A program made the translations under genes and the position numbers. The notes under the pieces were generated by a model that saw nothing but the letters and a program-made list of their open reading frames with translations, had not been told where the DNA came from and did not search any database. Of a DNA stretch of 64,000 bases, positions 9,136 to 19,039 are shown in pieces. Each line of letters opens with the position of its first letter. Position 1 is the first letter of the stretch. Location of the stretch: the NCBI GenBank assembly GCA_963785725.1, contig CAWAWS010000016.1, positions 192,001-256,000 on the forward strand, in the 5' to 3' direction. The stretch comes from an uncultured delta proteobacterium. GTDB lineage: Bacteria; Myxococcota_A; Polyangia; Palsa-1104.

Positions 9136-10842
9136 GTGCAGGGCCTCACTTTCGGCAAATACTCGCTCCAGGAGCGGCTCGGCGAAGGCGGAATGGCCGT
9201 CGTCTGGCGCGCCAAGCTATTCGGCCCCGGCGGCTTCGAGAAGACGCTCGTCGTCAAGCAGATCCGCGACGAGCTGGCCCAGCGCCGCGAGTTCATCGAC
9301 CTGTTCGTCGCCGAAGCCAAGCTGACCGTCTCCTTGACGCACGCCAACATCGTCCCCGTGTTCGAGCTGGGGATGGTCGAGGGCACCTATTTCCTGGCGC
9401 TCGAGCTGGTCGATGGCCCGCCCTTGTCGGAGGTGATCGACCAAGGGCCGATGCCGCCGCCGTTGTCGGCCTACGTGGTCGAGCAGGTCTTGCGCGGGCT
9501 CGACTACGCCCATCGGCGCGGCGTCGTGCATCGCGATTTGTCCTCGGCGAACGTGCTCTTGTCACGCGAGGGCGAGGTCAAGATTGTCGACTTCGGCATC
9601 GCCGCGCCCGTCGACGCGCGCGGCCCGGCCGGCGGCTCGCGCGGCTACATGGCGCCCGAGCAAGAGGCCGGCGGCGCCGCCGACGCGCGCAGCGACTTGT
9701 ACGCCGTCGGCGTGCTGTTGTGGGAGCTGACGAGCGGGCGCCGCTTCGACGGGACGTCGCTGTTCGTGCCCGCGCTGCAGACGATTGTCGACAAGGCGAC
9801 GGCCGCCGACCCGGCCGAGCGCTACGCGGATGCGGCGGCCATGCTGGCGGCGGTCTCGCGTTTTTTGCGCTCGGCGACGGGCGCGACGACGCAAGCCGAG
9901 CTGGGCACGCTCGTGCGGCGCCGCGCGCCCGACCGACCGCTGCCGCGCGACGGCGACGAGCGCGCCGACGATCGCGCGCCGGTCGTCGACGGTCCGCGCA
10001 CGCGGCCGATCGCGCGCGCCGGCAACGCCAAAGCCGTCACGTTCGCGACGCGCATCGGCGCGGCGACCGCCGACGTGCCGCGCTCACGCTGGCGCGCACG
10101 CCTGGCCCTCGGCCTCGGCGCGGCGTTAGCGCTGGCGGCCGTCGCGTTTGCGGTCCTGCGCGTGCGTTCGGGCGAGCCGGCCTTGCCGCGCCTGACGCGC
10201 TCTGCGCACCTCACGCTTTCCGCCGATCCCGCCGACGCCACCTTCACCGTCGACGGCAAAGCGGCGGCGGCGGGAACGCTCGAGCTGACAGCCGGGCATC
10301 ACGTCGTCGTCGCCAACGCCGCCGGTCGCGACGCGCAAACCCGCGCCGTCGACGTCGCCGCCGGCGCGACCGCGGCGGTGACGCTGACGTTGCCGCCGGC
10401 GCGCGTGCAGCTCATCGTGCGCTCCGATCCGCCCGGCGCCGACGTGACGCTCGGCGATCGGCCGCTCGGCCCGACCCCGCTCGACGTCACGCTGGCCATC
10501 GATCCCCACGCGCGGCTCAAGCTGCGCAAGCGCGACTATGTGCCCGTCGATCGCGCGATCGGGCCGGTCACCAACGGCGTCGCCGCCATCGACGCGCATC
10601 TGACGCCGCTGCCGCGCGGCGAGCTGACCTTGGGCGCGCTGCCGTGGGCGCACGTGACCATCGACGGCGACAAGCGCCCCGACACGCCGCTGGCCAAGGT
10701 GCCGCTGGCCGCCGGCGCGCATCAGGTGCGCTTGACCTGTCCACCGACGGGCCGCGAGCTCAAGTTCACGGTGCAAATCGAGGCCGGCAAAGAGACGCGC
10801 AAGGTCGCCGACCTGCGCGGCGCGCCGCGGCTCGTCGAGTAA
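9136..10842 (+). CDS. Membrane Ser/Thr protein kinase with C-terminal PEGA-like domains
   Basis: LGEGGMAVV, VVK, HRDLSSAN, DFG, YMAPE, DLYAVG; TM helix; repeated S-D-P-x-G-A PEGA-like units. Confidence 0.92.
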   Translation: MQGLTFGKYSLQERLGEGGMAVVWRAKLFGPGGFEKTLVVKQIRDELAQRREFIDLFVAEAKLTVSLTHANIVPVFELGMVEGTYFLALELVDGPPLSEVIDQGPMPPPLSAYVVEQVLRGLDYAHRRGVVHRDLSSANVLLSREGEVKIVDFGIAAPVDARGPAGGSRGYMAPEQEAGGAADARSDLYAVGVLLWELTSGRRFDGTSLFVPALQTIVDKATAADPAERYADAAAMLAAVSRFLRSATGATTQAELGTLVRRRAPDRPLPRDGDERADDRAPVVDGPRTRPIARAGNAKAVTFATRIGAATADVPRSRWRARLALGLGAALALAAVAFAVLRVRSGEPALPRLTRSAHLTLSADPADATFTVDGKAAAAGTLELTAGHHVVVANAAGRDAQTRAVDVAAGATAAVTLTLPPARVQLIVRSDPPGADVTLGDRPLGPTPLDVTLAIDPHARLKLRKRDYVPVDRAIGPVTNGVAAIDAHLTPLPRGELTLGALPWAHVTIDGDKRPDTPLAKVPLAAGAHQVRLTCPPTGRELKFTVQIEAGKETRKVADLRGAPRLVE

Positions 10843-10845
10843 CCG

Positions 10846-12228
10846 ATGAAGCCGACGTCGCCCGTGCAGCGCAAGTCCGAGGTCTCGACCATCGTCGACC
10901 TCTTGCGCGCGCCACCGACGGGGCTGAGCGTCTGCGCCATCAGCGGTCCGGGCGGCGTCGGCAAGACGTTTCTGCTCGACTTGGCGCTGGAGTCGCTCGA
11001 TCTCGACGCCGCCGGCTATCTGCACCTCGCCGTCGACGGCGCCAACGTGCAGGCGCGCGGCGACTTCTTCGCGACGCTGGAGGCGCTGTTTCCGCGCAGC
11101 CTGCCGCCGCCCGCCGACAGCGGCAAGGACTACTTCCCGCGTCTGCGCGCGCTCGCCGCGAGCTATCGCGCGCTCGTGCAAGAGGCGACGGCCGAGCTGC
11201 AGAAGTCGGGCGCGCCCGAGCCGGTCAAGCGCGCGGCGGTCGCGCTGTTGAAGGTGGCCGGCATCGTCAACTCGCTGTCGCGGACGCCGAATAAGCAGCT
11301 CGCCGCCATCGACGCCAAAGTCGAAGACAAGGATCTGCACTCGACGCTCGATACGGCCTGGGATCTCGTGCGCGGGCTCGGCTCCTTGCAATCGAGCGCG
11401 CTGCGCATCGGCCCCTTGCGCGATCTGCTCGGCATCACGCGTCGCAACCGCATGCGCAGCGATCTGTATCGGCTGACGGCGCAAGAGCTGCGCACCGATC
11501 TGTCGGCGGCCATCGGCGGCTACGAGGCCAAAGATGTCGCGAAGTTCGTGCACGGCAAGATCCCCGGCCGCCGCCGCCTGCTCCTCGTGCTCGACGACTA
11601 CGAAGTCTTGAGCCCACTGCTCGCCGAATTCCTCGTCGGTGCGCTGGTCCCCGAGCTGGCGGCGGTGCGCTTCGACACCGTGCTCGTCATCTTGTGCCGC
11701 GACGATCTCGACACGACGCATCCGGGCTGGGCGCAGCACGCCAAACGCTACCTGCGCGAGCAGATTCGCCTGGCGCCCTTCGACGCCGCGATGGCCGCCG
11801 AGTTCCTTGCCGCCGCCGGGGTGCCCGAAGCGCGCCGCCAAGCCATCTTCGACGCCACGCAAGGCTACCCGTTCCTGCTCAACCTGCTCGTCGAGGAGTC
11901 GGCTTCGGGCGGCGCCGATTCGGCCCTCTTTTTACGCAAATTCTTCGAGCGAACGACGCGTTGGATGACCGAGCGCGAGCAAGAGTGGTTCCTCAAGATC
12001 TGCTATCTCGAGCGCGTCAACGAGGACACGCTGGCGCTGCTCTTCCCCGCCGACGAGATCGCGCGCATTCAGGATTGGTTCGAGAGCGAGCCGTCGGTGC
12101 GCGATCCGATGGCGGCCGACTTCCGCGTGCGCCCGCTCATTCGCGACAAGGTGTTGCGTTACGAGTCGATTCGCGCGCCGCGTCGCCACCAAGAATTGCG
12201 CGAGCGCGCCGCGGGCTCGGGATCGTAG
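10846..12228 (+). CDS. P-loop NTPase (AAA_16/STAND-like)
   Basis: Walker A GPGGVGKT, Walker B LLLVLDDYE, STAND-type TQGYPFLL (GxP). Confidence 0.75.
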   Translation: MKPTSPVQRKSEVSTIVDLLRAPPTGLSVCAISGPGGVGKTFLLDLALESLDLDAAGYLHLAVDGANVQARGDFFATLEALFPRSLPPPADSGKDYFPRLRALAASYRALVQEATAELQKSGAPEPVKRAAVALLKVAGIVNSLSRTPNKQLAAIDAKVEDKDLHSTLDTAWDLVRGLGSLQSSALRIGPLRDLLGITRRNRMRSDLYRLTAQELRTDLSAAIGGYEAKDVAKFVHGKIPGRRRLLLVLDDYEVLSPLLAEFLVGALVPELAAVRFDTVLVILCRDDLDTTHPGWAQHAKRYLREQIRLAPFDAAMAAEFLAAAGVPEARRQAIFDATQGYPFLLNLLVEESASGGADSALFLRKFFERTTRWMTEREQEWFLKICYLERVNEDTLALLFPADEIARIQDWFESEPSVRDPMAADFRVRPLIRDKVLRYESIRAPRRHQELRERAAGSGS

Positions 12229-13449
12229 TCAGCGACTGAGCGCGAACTGGTTGAAGCCGATCGTCGCCGAGTAGGTGGGCGCGCGCGGCCAGGCCACGAC
12301 ACCCACGACGACCCCGACCGCCAGCGCGCTCACCACCGTCGTCCACAGCCACGGCCGCTGCCACAGCGGCATACGCAAGGCCGGCCGCGCTTCGTCGTCG
12401 ATGCGCTGCTGACGCGGCATCGTCAGCTTCGGCGTCGGCGAAAGCTGCAGCGGCCGCGGGCTCACGATCGCCGGCGCCTCGAGCACCCCCAGCCGCGGCT
12501 CGCCACAGGGCGCGTCGTCGAGCCGCTTGACGAGCGCGGCCGCGCGCACCTCGGTCACGACCGCGCTCGCGCAGCGCGTCTGCAGCCGCTGCGCCGCGTA
12601 GGTCAGCGTGCCACCGTCGAGGCTGACGGCCGCCACGAAGACGGCGTCGACGCCGAGCGCCGCGCGCGCCGCCGCCACGCCGTCGACGCTCGGGCGCGCC
12701 GTCAAGCCGGCGATGGCCGCGGCCGCGCCGTCGCCGGCGGGCGCCTCCAGCGTCACGGTCGCGCCCGCCGCCGGCACGTCGACGAGCCGCGCGACGCCAT
12801 CGGCACGCACGAGATGCTCACCGACGGCAACGCCGACCGCCACGCCATTTTCGTGCGCATGCCCATCGATCGTAAACGCCGTCGTCGCCGTCACCGTCAG
12901 CGGCGCCGTCTTCGGCGTACGCGGCTTGACCGCGAGCAAAAAGGCGCGCGCCGCGTCCGGCCGCACCATCGCCTCGGTCAACTCCGTCGCCGGCTCGAGC
13001 GCCACCGCCCGTCGCCAGGCGCGCTCGGCCTCGCCGCGCCGGCCGAGCTCGAGCAGCGCCACGCCGCGCCACAGCGCCGCCGTCGCCGCTTCGGCCGCGA
13101 CGCCCGGTCGGGCCAGCTCGGGCGCGTACGCCGCTTCGGCCGCGCTCAATTCGCTCTCGGCGCGCGCCAGCTCCACGCGCGTCAACGCCTGCCGCCCCTC
13201 CGCGACGTGCGCTTGAGCACGCGCGAAGAAGGCGAGCTCGCCGCGATCGACCCAGCCGCCCGCCTGCGCCGCCGTCGCCGCGGCCACGGTGCGCTCGAGA
13301 TCCTCGGCGACGACTTCGGCACCGCTCGCCCTGACGGCGGCCACGAGCGCGCGCTCGGCCTCCGCTCGCCGCGCCGCCGCCCCGCCCGAGTCGGGCGCGT
13401 AGACCATGACCGCCACGGTCAACAGAAAGTGCACGCCCGACGATATCAC
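12229..13449 (-). CDS. Exported/membrane TPR-containing protein
   Basis: Hydrophobic N-terminus, TPR-like ALWRGVALLELGRRGEAERAWRRAVALEP, C-terminal TM after PLWQRPWLW. Confidence 0.65.
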   Translation of the reverse strand: MISSGVHFLLTVAVMVYAPDSGGAAARRAEAERALVAAVRASGAEVVAEDLERTVAAATAAQAGGWVDRGELAFFARAQAHVAEGRQALTRVELARAESELSAAEAAYAPELARPGVAAEAATAALWRGVALLELGRRGEAERAWRRAVALEPATELTEAMVRPDAARAFLLAVKPRTPKTAPLTVTATTAFTIDGHAHENGVAVGVAVGEHLVRADGVARLVDVPAAGATVTLEAPAGDGAAAAIAGLTARPSVDGVAAARAALGVDAVFVAAVSLDGGTLTYAAQRLQTRCASAVVTEVRAAALVKRLDDAPCGEPRLGVLEAPAIVSPRPLQLSPTPKLTMPRQQRIDDEARPALRMPLWQRPWLWTTVVSALAVGVVVGVVAWPRAPTYSATIGFNQFALSR

Positions 13450-13467
13450 GCGCTATGATCGACGACC

Positions 13468-14730
13468 ATGGAGCGCCCTCGCCTGCGTCCGTTGGAAGCC
13501 TTCCCCATCGACAAGCCGGGACAGAAGCTGCTCGGCCTGCGCGACCCGTCGGGGCTGACCGACTCGGTGGCGACGCTGCCGCCGGCCGCCGTCGCCGTCG
13601 TGCAGCTGTGCGACGGCGACACGACGCGCGACGAGATCTGCGCCGAGTTCTTCCGCCGCTACGGCTCGCCGCTCGCGCGCGCGCGACGCTCGATCGGCTG
13701 CTCGAGCAGCTCGACGACGCCTATCTGCTCGACTCGCGAGCGCTTTCGCAACCACTCGGCGTCGCTCTTCGGCGAGTTCGCGCGCTCGCCGGTTCGCGCC
13801 CGCGCATGCTGGCCGGCAAGAGCTATCCCGGCGACGCCGGCCAAGCTCGCCGGCGAGCTCGACGCGCTACTTCGCGCCGCCGCGCGGTCCCGGGCAAGCC
13901 GAGCGACGCTGCGACCGCTGCCGCGCGCCATCATCGCGCCGCACATCGACTTCGCGCGCGGCGGGCCGGCCTACGCGTGGGCCTATCGCCGCTCGCGCAA
14001 GCGTCGCGGGCGGCCCGAGCTGGTCGTCGTCTTCGGCACCGATCACAACGGCGCCGAGCAGCCGTTCACGCTCACGCGCAAGCACTACGAAACGCCGCTC
14101 GGCGCAGTGCGACACCGACGTCGCGCTCGTCGACCAGCTGGTCGCGCGCTACGACGAGCAGCCGGGCCGGCGCCGTCGCAGGCGCTCTTCAAGCGACGAG
14201 TATCATCATCGCGGCGAGCACTCGATCGAGTTCCAGATGGTGTGGCTGCGCCATATCTGGGAGCGCGCGCTGACGTCGATCAAGGTGCTGCCGATCCTGT
14301 GCGGCTCGCTGCAGGACTTCATCGACTCGGCGCGCGATCCCGCGCTGCCGATCGCTGTCGCGTCTTCTTCGCGACGCTCGACGACGAGCGTGGCCGGGCG
14401 GCAAGCGCGCCTGTGGATCGCCGGCGCCGATCTGGCGCACGTCGGCCCGCGCTTCGGCGACAAGGAGCCGCTCGACGACGACGACGCGACGTCGCTCGAG
14501 AAGTCGCGATCAGGCAGACACTGCGTCGCCTGCGCCGCGGCGACGCCGCCGCCTGGTTCGAAGAGCTGCGCAAAGAGCGCGATCGCCGTCGCGTCTGCGG
14601 TTTACCGCCGATCTTCGCCATGCTCGAGTGCGCCCAGCCGGGCACGGGCGAGCTCGCCGTTTACGCGCAGTGCCCCGCCGACGAGTCCGGCGGATCGCTC
14701 GTGTCGATTGCTTCACTCGTCTATCGCTAG
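13468..14730 (+). CDS. MEMO1 / AmmeMemoRadiSam system protein B family with N-terminal extension; several indels
   Basis: IIAPHIDFARGG, VFGTDH, EHSIEFQMVWL, ADLAHVGPRFGD and VCGLPPI are distributed over three frames. Confidence 0.8.
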   Translation: MERPRLRPLEAFPIDKPGQKLLGLRDPSGLTDSVATLPPAAVAVVQLCDGDTTRDEICAEFFRRYGSPLARARRSIGCSSSSTTPICSTRERFRNHSASLFGEFARSPVRARACWPARAIPATPAKLAGELDALLRAAARSRASRATLRPLPRAIIAPHIDFARGGPAYAWAYRRSRKRRGRPELVVVFGTDHNGAEQPFTLTRKHYETPLGAVRHRRRARRPAGRALRRAAGPAPSQALFKRRVSSSRRALDRVPDGVAAPYLGARADVDQGAADPVRLAAGLHRLGARSRAADRCRVFFATLDDERGRAASAPVDRRRRSGARRPALRRQGAARRRRRDVAREVAIRQTLRRLRRGDAAAWFEELRKERDRRRVCGLPPIFAMLECAQPGTGELAVYAQCPADESGGSLVSIASLVYR

Positions 14731-14758
14731 TGGGGGCTGATCGGTTAAGGTAACGCGC

Positions 14759-15001
14759 ATGTTCACCTGGGACGAGAAGCCGTCCACGTTCAAGCGCGCC
14801 TCCGAACGCCGTCGCGAGATGTATCGCCGTGAAGTCGCCGAGCGGGCGTCGCTGCTCATGCGGCTCGGTCACAAAGCGGCCGACGTCAAGACGCGCCTAG
14901 CGAAGACGGTGGCCTGGGACTTCGATCTGCAGGCGAACCCGGAGCACGCCGGCGAAGTCGATTCGATCGTCGACGACGTCTACAAGCGCAACCAGAAGTA
15001 A
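14759..15001 (+). CDS. Small hypothetical protein (80 aa)
   Basis: Strong GC3 codon bias, protein-like composition, fills the intergenic gap. Confidence 0.7.
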   Translation: MFTWDEKPSTFKRASERRREMYRREVAERASLLMRLGHKAADVKTRLAKTVAWDFDLQANPEHAGEVDSIVDDVYKRNQK

Positions 15002-15028
15002 AAGTCCAAGTCAGTCTACGGAGGCACG

Positions 15029-15832
15029 ATGAACACAACGAAGGCGATGGCGTTGTTGGTCACGGCTGCGCTGGTTGGCGGCTGTGGCATCGACAAAGAA
15101 GTGTACGACGCCAAGGTGGCGGAGCTGCAGAAGACGCAGAACGAGCTCGATCAGCAGCGCAAAGACGCCGCCGAGGCCAAGCGCAAGTGCGACGAGCGTC
15201 AAGCCGAGCTCGACAACGAGAACCTGGCCATGAAGACGCGGCTCAAGGCGCTCGGCCAGGACATGTCGAAGATGTCGGGCGACATGGACGCGCAGAAGAA
15301 GCAGATGGCCGAGATGCAAAAGCGTCAGGAAGCGGCCGAGAAGCGCGCGCAGCAGTTCCGCGACATGATGGCCAAGTTCCGCTCGATGATCGACGCCGGC
15401 AAGCTGCAGGTCGAAGTGCGCAACGGCCTCATGCTCGTCAAGCTGCCGGACAACATCCTCTTCGACCCGGGCAAGACCGAGATCAAGCAGGCCGGCAAAG
15501 ACGCGATCGCGCAAGTGACGCAGATCTTGTCGGGAATCGAGGGCCGCAAGTTCCAGGTCGCCGGCCACACCGACAACATCCCGATCAAGAGCGCCAAGTT
15601 CAAGAGCAACTGGGAGCTGTCGACGGCGCGCGCGGTCGAGGTCACCAAGCTCATGATCGGCGACGGCATGGATCCGAAGCGCCTGTCGGCCGCCGGCTTC
15701 GCCGACGAGCTGCCGATCGGTGACAACGCGACCGACGAAGGCCGCCGCTCGAACCGCCGCATCGAGATCGTCGTGCAGCCGAACATCGAAGATCTGCCGG
15801 CGATGGACGATCTGAACAAGCCCGCCGCCTAA
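15029..15832 (+). CDS. OmpA/MotB-type peptidoglycan-binding lipoprotein with coiled coil
   Basis: Shine-Dalgarno GGAGG, lipobox LVGGC, coiled coil, AGHTD, NWELSTARA, NRRIEI. Confidence 0.9.
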   Translation: MNTTKAMALLVTAALVGGCGIDKEVYDAKVAELQKTQNELDQQRKDAAEAKRKCDERQAELDNENLAMKTRLKALGQDMSKMSGDMDAQKKQMAEMQKRQEAAEKRAQQFRDMMAKFRSMIDAGKLQVEVRNGLMLVKLPDNILFDPGKTEIKQAGKDAIAQVTQILSGIEGRKFQVAGHTDNIPIKSAKFKSNWELSTARAVEVTKLMIGDGMDPKRLSAAGFADELPIGDNATDEGRRSNRRIEIVVQPNIEDLPAMDDLNKPAA

Positions 15833-15878
15833 GCTCGCCTCGCGTCACCTTCCGACGCACGTTTTCCCGCACAACGCA

Positions 15879-16184
15879 ATGCAGCACCCCACCTTGACAT
15901 TCACAGGCGGGCCGGTTAAATCGGCTCCGAACTGTTTCGAGGCCCACTGCTTGAGTACCAATGCCTTTGCCGAGCTGGCGAACGTACCTTCCCTGCAAGA
16001 TCGGTGGGTTGCAATCGATCCCCGCGGTTCTGGTCGCGATAAAGACACGCCGCTTCGCGTCGCTTTGACGTCCGGCGCCGTGGTCGTCGACGCCGACGAC
16101 GAGCTCGATGTGCTCTGCGCCCGCTTGAAGGAAGCGCGCCGCACGTCGCTCACCATCGTGTACTGCGGCACGCGCCGCGACTGA
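15879..16184 (+). CDS. Hypothetical protein (C-terminal half resembles DUF5678-like small domains)
   Basis: DRWVAID...GAVVVDADDELDVLCARL; start position uncertain. Confidence 0.5.
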   Translation: MQHPTLTFTGGPVKSAPNCFEAHCLSTNAFAELANVPSLQDRWVAIDPRGSGRDKDTPLRVALTSGAVVVDADDELDVLCARLKEARRTSLTIVYCGTRRD

Positions 16185-16192
16185 TTTCCCGC

Positions 16193-16765
16193 CTACGGCT
16201 GCGGCGCCGGCGCCGCGTCGAAGATCTCCGTCCGCGTCGTCTTCTCCGTCCGCTTCAACGTAAACGGCAAGTCGTTTTCGACCTTGTGTCCCTTGAACGG
16301 CGGGAACTTCAAGTCGTTGACGACGCCGCGCGCGCACTCCTGCACCGCCGGCGGCGCGCTGCCGCTGACCGTGATCCCGCCCGTATAACCCGGCGACTCG
16401 ACGATGTAGTGCACGACGATGCCGTATTCGCCCGCCGGCAGCTGGTCGAAGCAGGCGCGCACGAGCGGCAAGGCGCCGTCGACGACGCGGTTGAAGTCGG
16501 CCGCGCGCGGCCCCTGCGCGTCGCCGTTGAGCGTGCCGCCGTCGGGCATGCGCGGGCCCGACGCCACCGGCGGCAACGACGGCGCGGGCGCGGCCAGCGC
16601 CGCATCCACCGACGGCACCGCGACGGGTACGACGTCGCCGGGCGCGGCGACCGGCGCTTCCGGCTCGGCTTCGGGCGGCGCGTGATGACGGCGACAGCCT
16701 CCCGCCGCCGTGAGCGCGACGGCACCCAAGAACGACGCCGATAGCGACGATAGACGAACCCTCAT
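16193..16765 (-). CDS. Lipoprotein with Pro-rich linker and AgmX/PglI (TonB_C-like) C-terminal domain
   Basis: Lipobox AGGC; LVRACFDQ...VQECARGVVNDLKFPPFKG...LPF. Confidence 0.7.
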   Translation of the reverse strand: MRVRLSSLSASFLGAVALTAAGGCRRHHAPPEAEPEAPVAAPGDVVPVAVPSVDAALAAPAPSLPPVASGPRMPDGGTLNGDAQGPRAADFNRVVDGALPLVRACFDQLPAGEYGIVVHYIVESPGYTGGITVSGSAPPAVQECARGVVNDLKFPPFKGHKVENDLPFTLKRTEKTTRTEIFDAAPAPQP

Positions 16766-16832
16766 GGTTCCACCGTAAACGGCCCCGCCGCGACACGCAA
16801 ATGCGCCCATGCTGTGCTAGCCTTGATGCGCT

Positions 16833-18470
16833 TTGCTCATCTGCCCCACCTGCAAGTCGCACTTCCAGGGCGAGGAGCACTTCTGTCCCCGCGATGGGTC
16901 GCCGTTGGCTGCGTCGCTGCGGCGGTCGGAAGCCGGCGAGCCGACCGATCCCTTGCTCGGTCGCGTGCTCGGCGGTCGCTATCGCCTGCTCGAGCGGCTC
17001 GGCCAAGGCGGCATGGGCACCGTCTACCGCGCGACGCACACGCTCATGGAGAAGCCGGTCGCCGTCAAGATCCTGCGGCCGGAGATGGCGACGGACGCCG
17101 AAGCCATCGCTCGCTTTCACCGTGAAGCGCGCTCGGCGTCGCGGCTCGACCACGATCACTGCATCCGCGTCACCGACTTCGGCCAGTCCGACGACGCCCA
17201 CCTCTTCCTCGTCATGGAGCTGCTCGACGGCGTCAGCCTGTCGCACGTGACGCGCCGCGGTCCGGTGCCGCCGGGACGCGCGGCCGCGGTCGGTGTCGCC
17301 GTCGCCGAGGCGCTCGCCCACGCGCACGAGCAGGGCATCATTCACCGCGACCTCAAGCCCGACAACGTCTTTCTGGCCCGGCGCGCCAAAGGGCGCGAGA
17401 TCGTCAAAGTCCTCGACTTCGGTCTGGCCAAGCTGGCGTCGGACTCGGCGCTGGGCCCTTCGATCACCCGCGACGGCACGGTCTTCGGCACGCCCGAATA
17501 CATGGCGCCCGAGCAGGCCGAGGGCGAGAAGCTCGACGGCCGCACCGATCTCTACGCGCTCGGCGTCATCCTGTATCAGCTCGTCACCGGCGAAGTGCCG
17601 TTCAAGTCGCCGAATTTTGTCGCACTTTTGACCAAGCAGGTGACCGAGACGCCGCAGCCGCCACGCGAGCGCCGGCCCGATCTCGACATCGATCCCGGGC
17701 TCGAGCGGGTGATCATGCGCTGCCTGTCGAAGCGGCGCCAAGATCGCTTCGCGACGGCCGGTGAAGTCGCCGACGCGCTCGAGCCGTTCGCCGCCGCCGA
17801 TACGTCGCAGTCGTCGCTGCTCCTGCCGACGCGCGAGCTCGGGCACTCGGGCTCGATGTCGCAGCTCGTCTTGGCCACGACGCGCGACATGACCGCGCCC
17901 ACGCCGTCGCCGCAGCCGCCGCCCGACGAAAATACGCCGGCGAGCGGCGAGATCGCGCCGGCGCCGCGCACGTTCGCGCGCAGCCTGGCGCTCGGCCTGG
18001 GCGGGCTGGCGCTGCTCGTCGGCACGGCGTCGCTCGGCTTCGTCTTCGTCGGGCGTGCGCGCCGCCATCCGCCGGCGCCGCAAAATCAGCAGCCGACGTC
18101 CGTGGAGTCGCCGCTCGTGCGCGCCAAGCAGCTCCTCGGCGAAGGTGACGTCGACGGCGCCGACCAAGTGCTGCGCGCGGCGCGGCAGGCGGGCGACTCG
18201 GCCGAGCTGCAAGAGGCGATGTCGGAAGTGGCCGAGCAGCTCGGCAATCGACTGGGCGCGCTGGCGCATCTGCACCGCGCGGTCGCGCTGTCGCCGACCG
18301 ATGCCGAGCCGCGCGCGCGCCTGGCCGCGCTCTTGTTACGACTGGGACAGCCGGGCGAAGCCTGCCGTCAGGCGCGCCGCGCGCTGTCCATCGACGCCGG
18401 CCCGCGCGCGACCGCGGCGCGCTCCGTCGTCGCTCACGCCAAGTGCACTCTGCCGAAGGAGACTCCATGA
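16833..18470 (+). CDS. Ser/Thr protein kinase with N-terminal Zn ribbon, TM helix and TPR C-terminus
   Basis: CPTC...CPRDG; LGQGGMGTV, VAVK, HRDLKPDN, DFGLAK, GTPEYMAPE. Confidence 0.95.
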   Translation: MLICPTCKSHFQGEEHFCPRDGSPLAASLRRSEAGEPTDPLLGRVLGGRYRLLERLGQGGMGTVYRATHTLMEKPVAVKILRPEMATDAEAIARFHREARSASRLDHDHCIRVTDFGQSDDAHLFLVMELLDGVSLSHVTRRGPVPPGRAAAVGVAVAEALAHAHEQGIIHRDLKPDNVFLARRAKGREIVKVLDFGLAKLASDSALGPSITRDGTVFGTPEYMAPEQAEGEKLDGRTDLYALGVILYQLVTGEVPFKSPNFVALLTKQVTETPQPPRERRPDLDIDPGLERVIMRCLSKRRQDRFATAGEVADALEPFAAADTSQSSLLLPTRELGHSGSMSQLVLATTRDMTAPTPSPQPPPDENTPASGEIAPAPRTFARSLALGLGGLALLVGTASLGFVFVGRARRHPPAPQNQQPTSVESPLVRAKQLLGEGDVDGADQVLRAARQAGDSAELQEAMSEVAEQLGNRLGALAHLHRAVALSPTDAEPRARLAALLLRLGQPGEACRQARRALSIDAGPRATAARSVVAHAKCTLPKETP

Positions 18471-18937
18471 AAACACTGCAGATCGGCGTCATCGCCGTCG
18501 CGGTAACGGTCGCAACCGCAGCCTTCGCCTCGAATTACGCGCTGGAAGAGATCCCGCAGGCGATCCCGACCGACGCGGCGACGAAGCTGAAGGGCGCCGG
18601 CATCACGACGACGTTCCAGCTGCTGGAAAAGGCGAGCGATCCCAAGACACGCCACGAGCTCGCGCACACGACGAAGCTGCCGGAAAAGACGCTCGAAGGC
18701 TGGGTGCAGATGGCGGACCTCCTGCGCATCAAGGGCGTTGGGCCGGACGTCGCACATCTGCTGGCGGCGTGCAGCGTGCGCACGGTCGCGCAGCTGAAAA
18801 CCCAAGACGCGGCCAGGCTCAACGACGAGATCATGAAAGTAAATTCGAGGCTGCACTTGAGCGAGAATCCGCCCTCCGTCGAGCACTTGCAGGCATGGAT
18901 CGCGCAGGCGCAGACGTTACCGATTGTCTTGAAATGA
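18467..18937 (+). CDS. Exported DUF4332-like helix-hairpin-helix protein
   Basis: Signal peptide (AFA-S); KLKGAGITT, WVQMADLLRIKGVGP, WIAQAQTL. Confidence 0.8.
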   Translation: MKTLQIGVIAVAVTVATAAFASNYALEEIPQAIPTDAATKLKGAGITTTFQLLEKASDPKTRHELAHTTKLPEKTLEGWVQMADLLRIKGVGPDVAHLLAACSVRTVAQLKTQDAARLNDEIMKVNSRLHLSENPPSVEHLQAWIAQAQTLPIVLK

Positions 18938-19039
18938 CGTCGGCTTGGTAACGCGCCGGACACATGAAGACACATGCCGCTCGTCGCCGATTTGACGTGC
19001 AATGACGAAACTCAGTCGTGATATGCTTCCGCGGGTCCT

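Noticed and set aside
15651..18275. Long Arg-rich ORFs (15651-18275, 18917-21046, 10126-11862, 42817-44586, N-terminus of 19486-22836)
   Set aside because: Alternate-frame or antisense shadows of real genes, expected in high-GC DNA.
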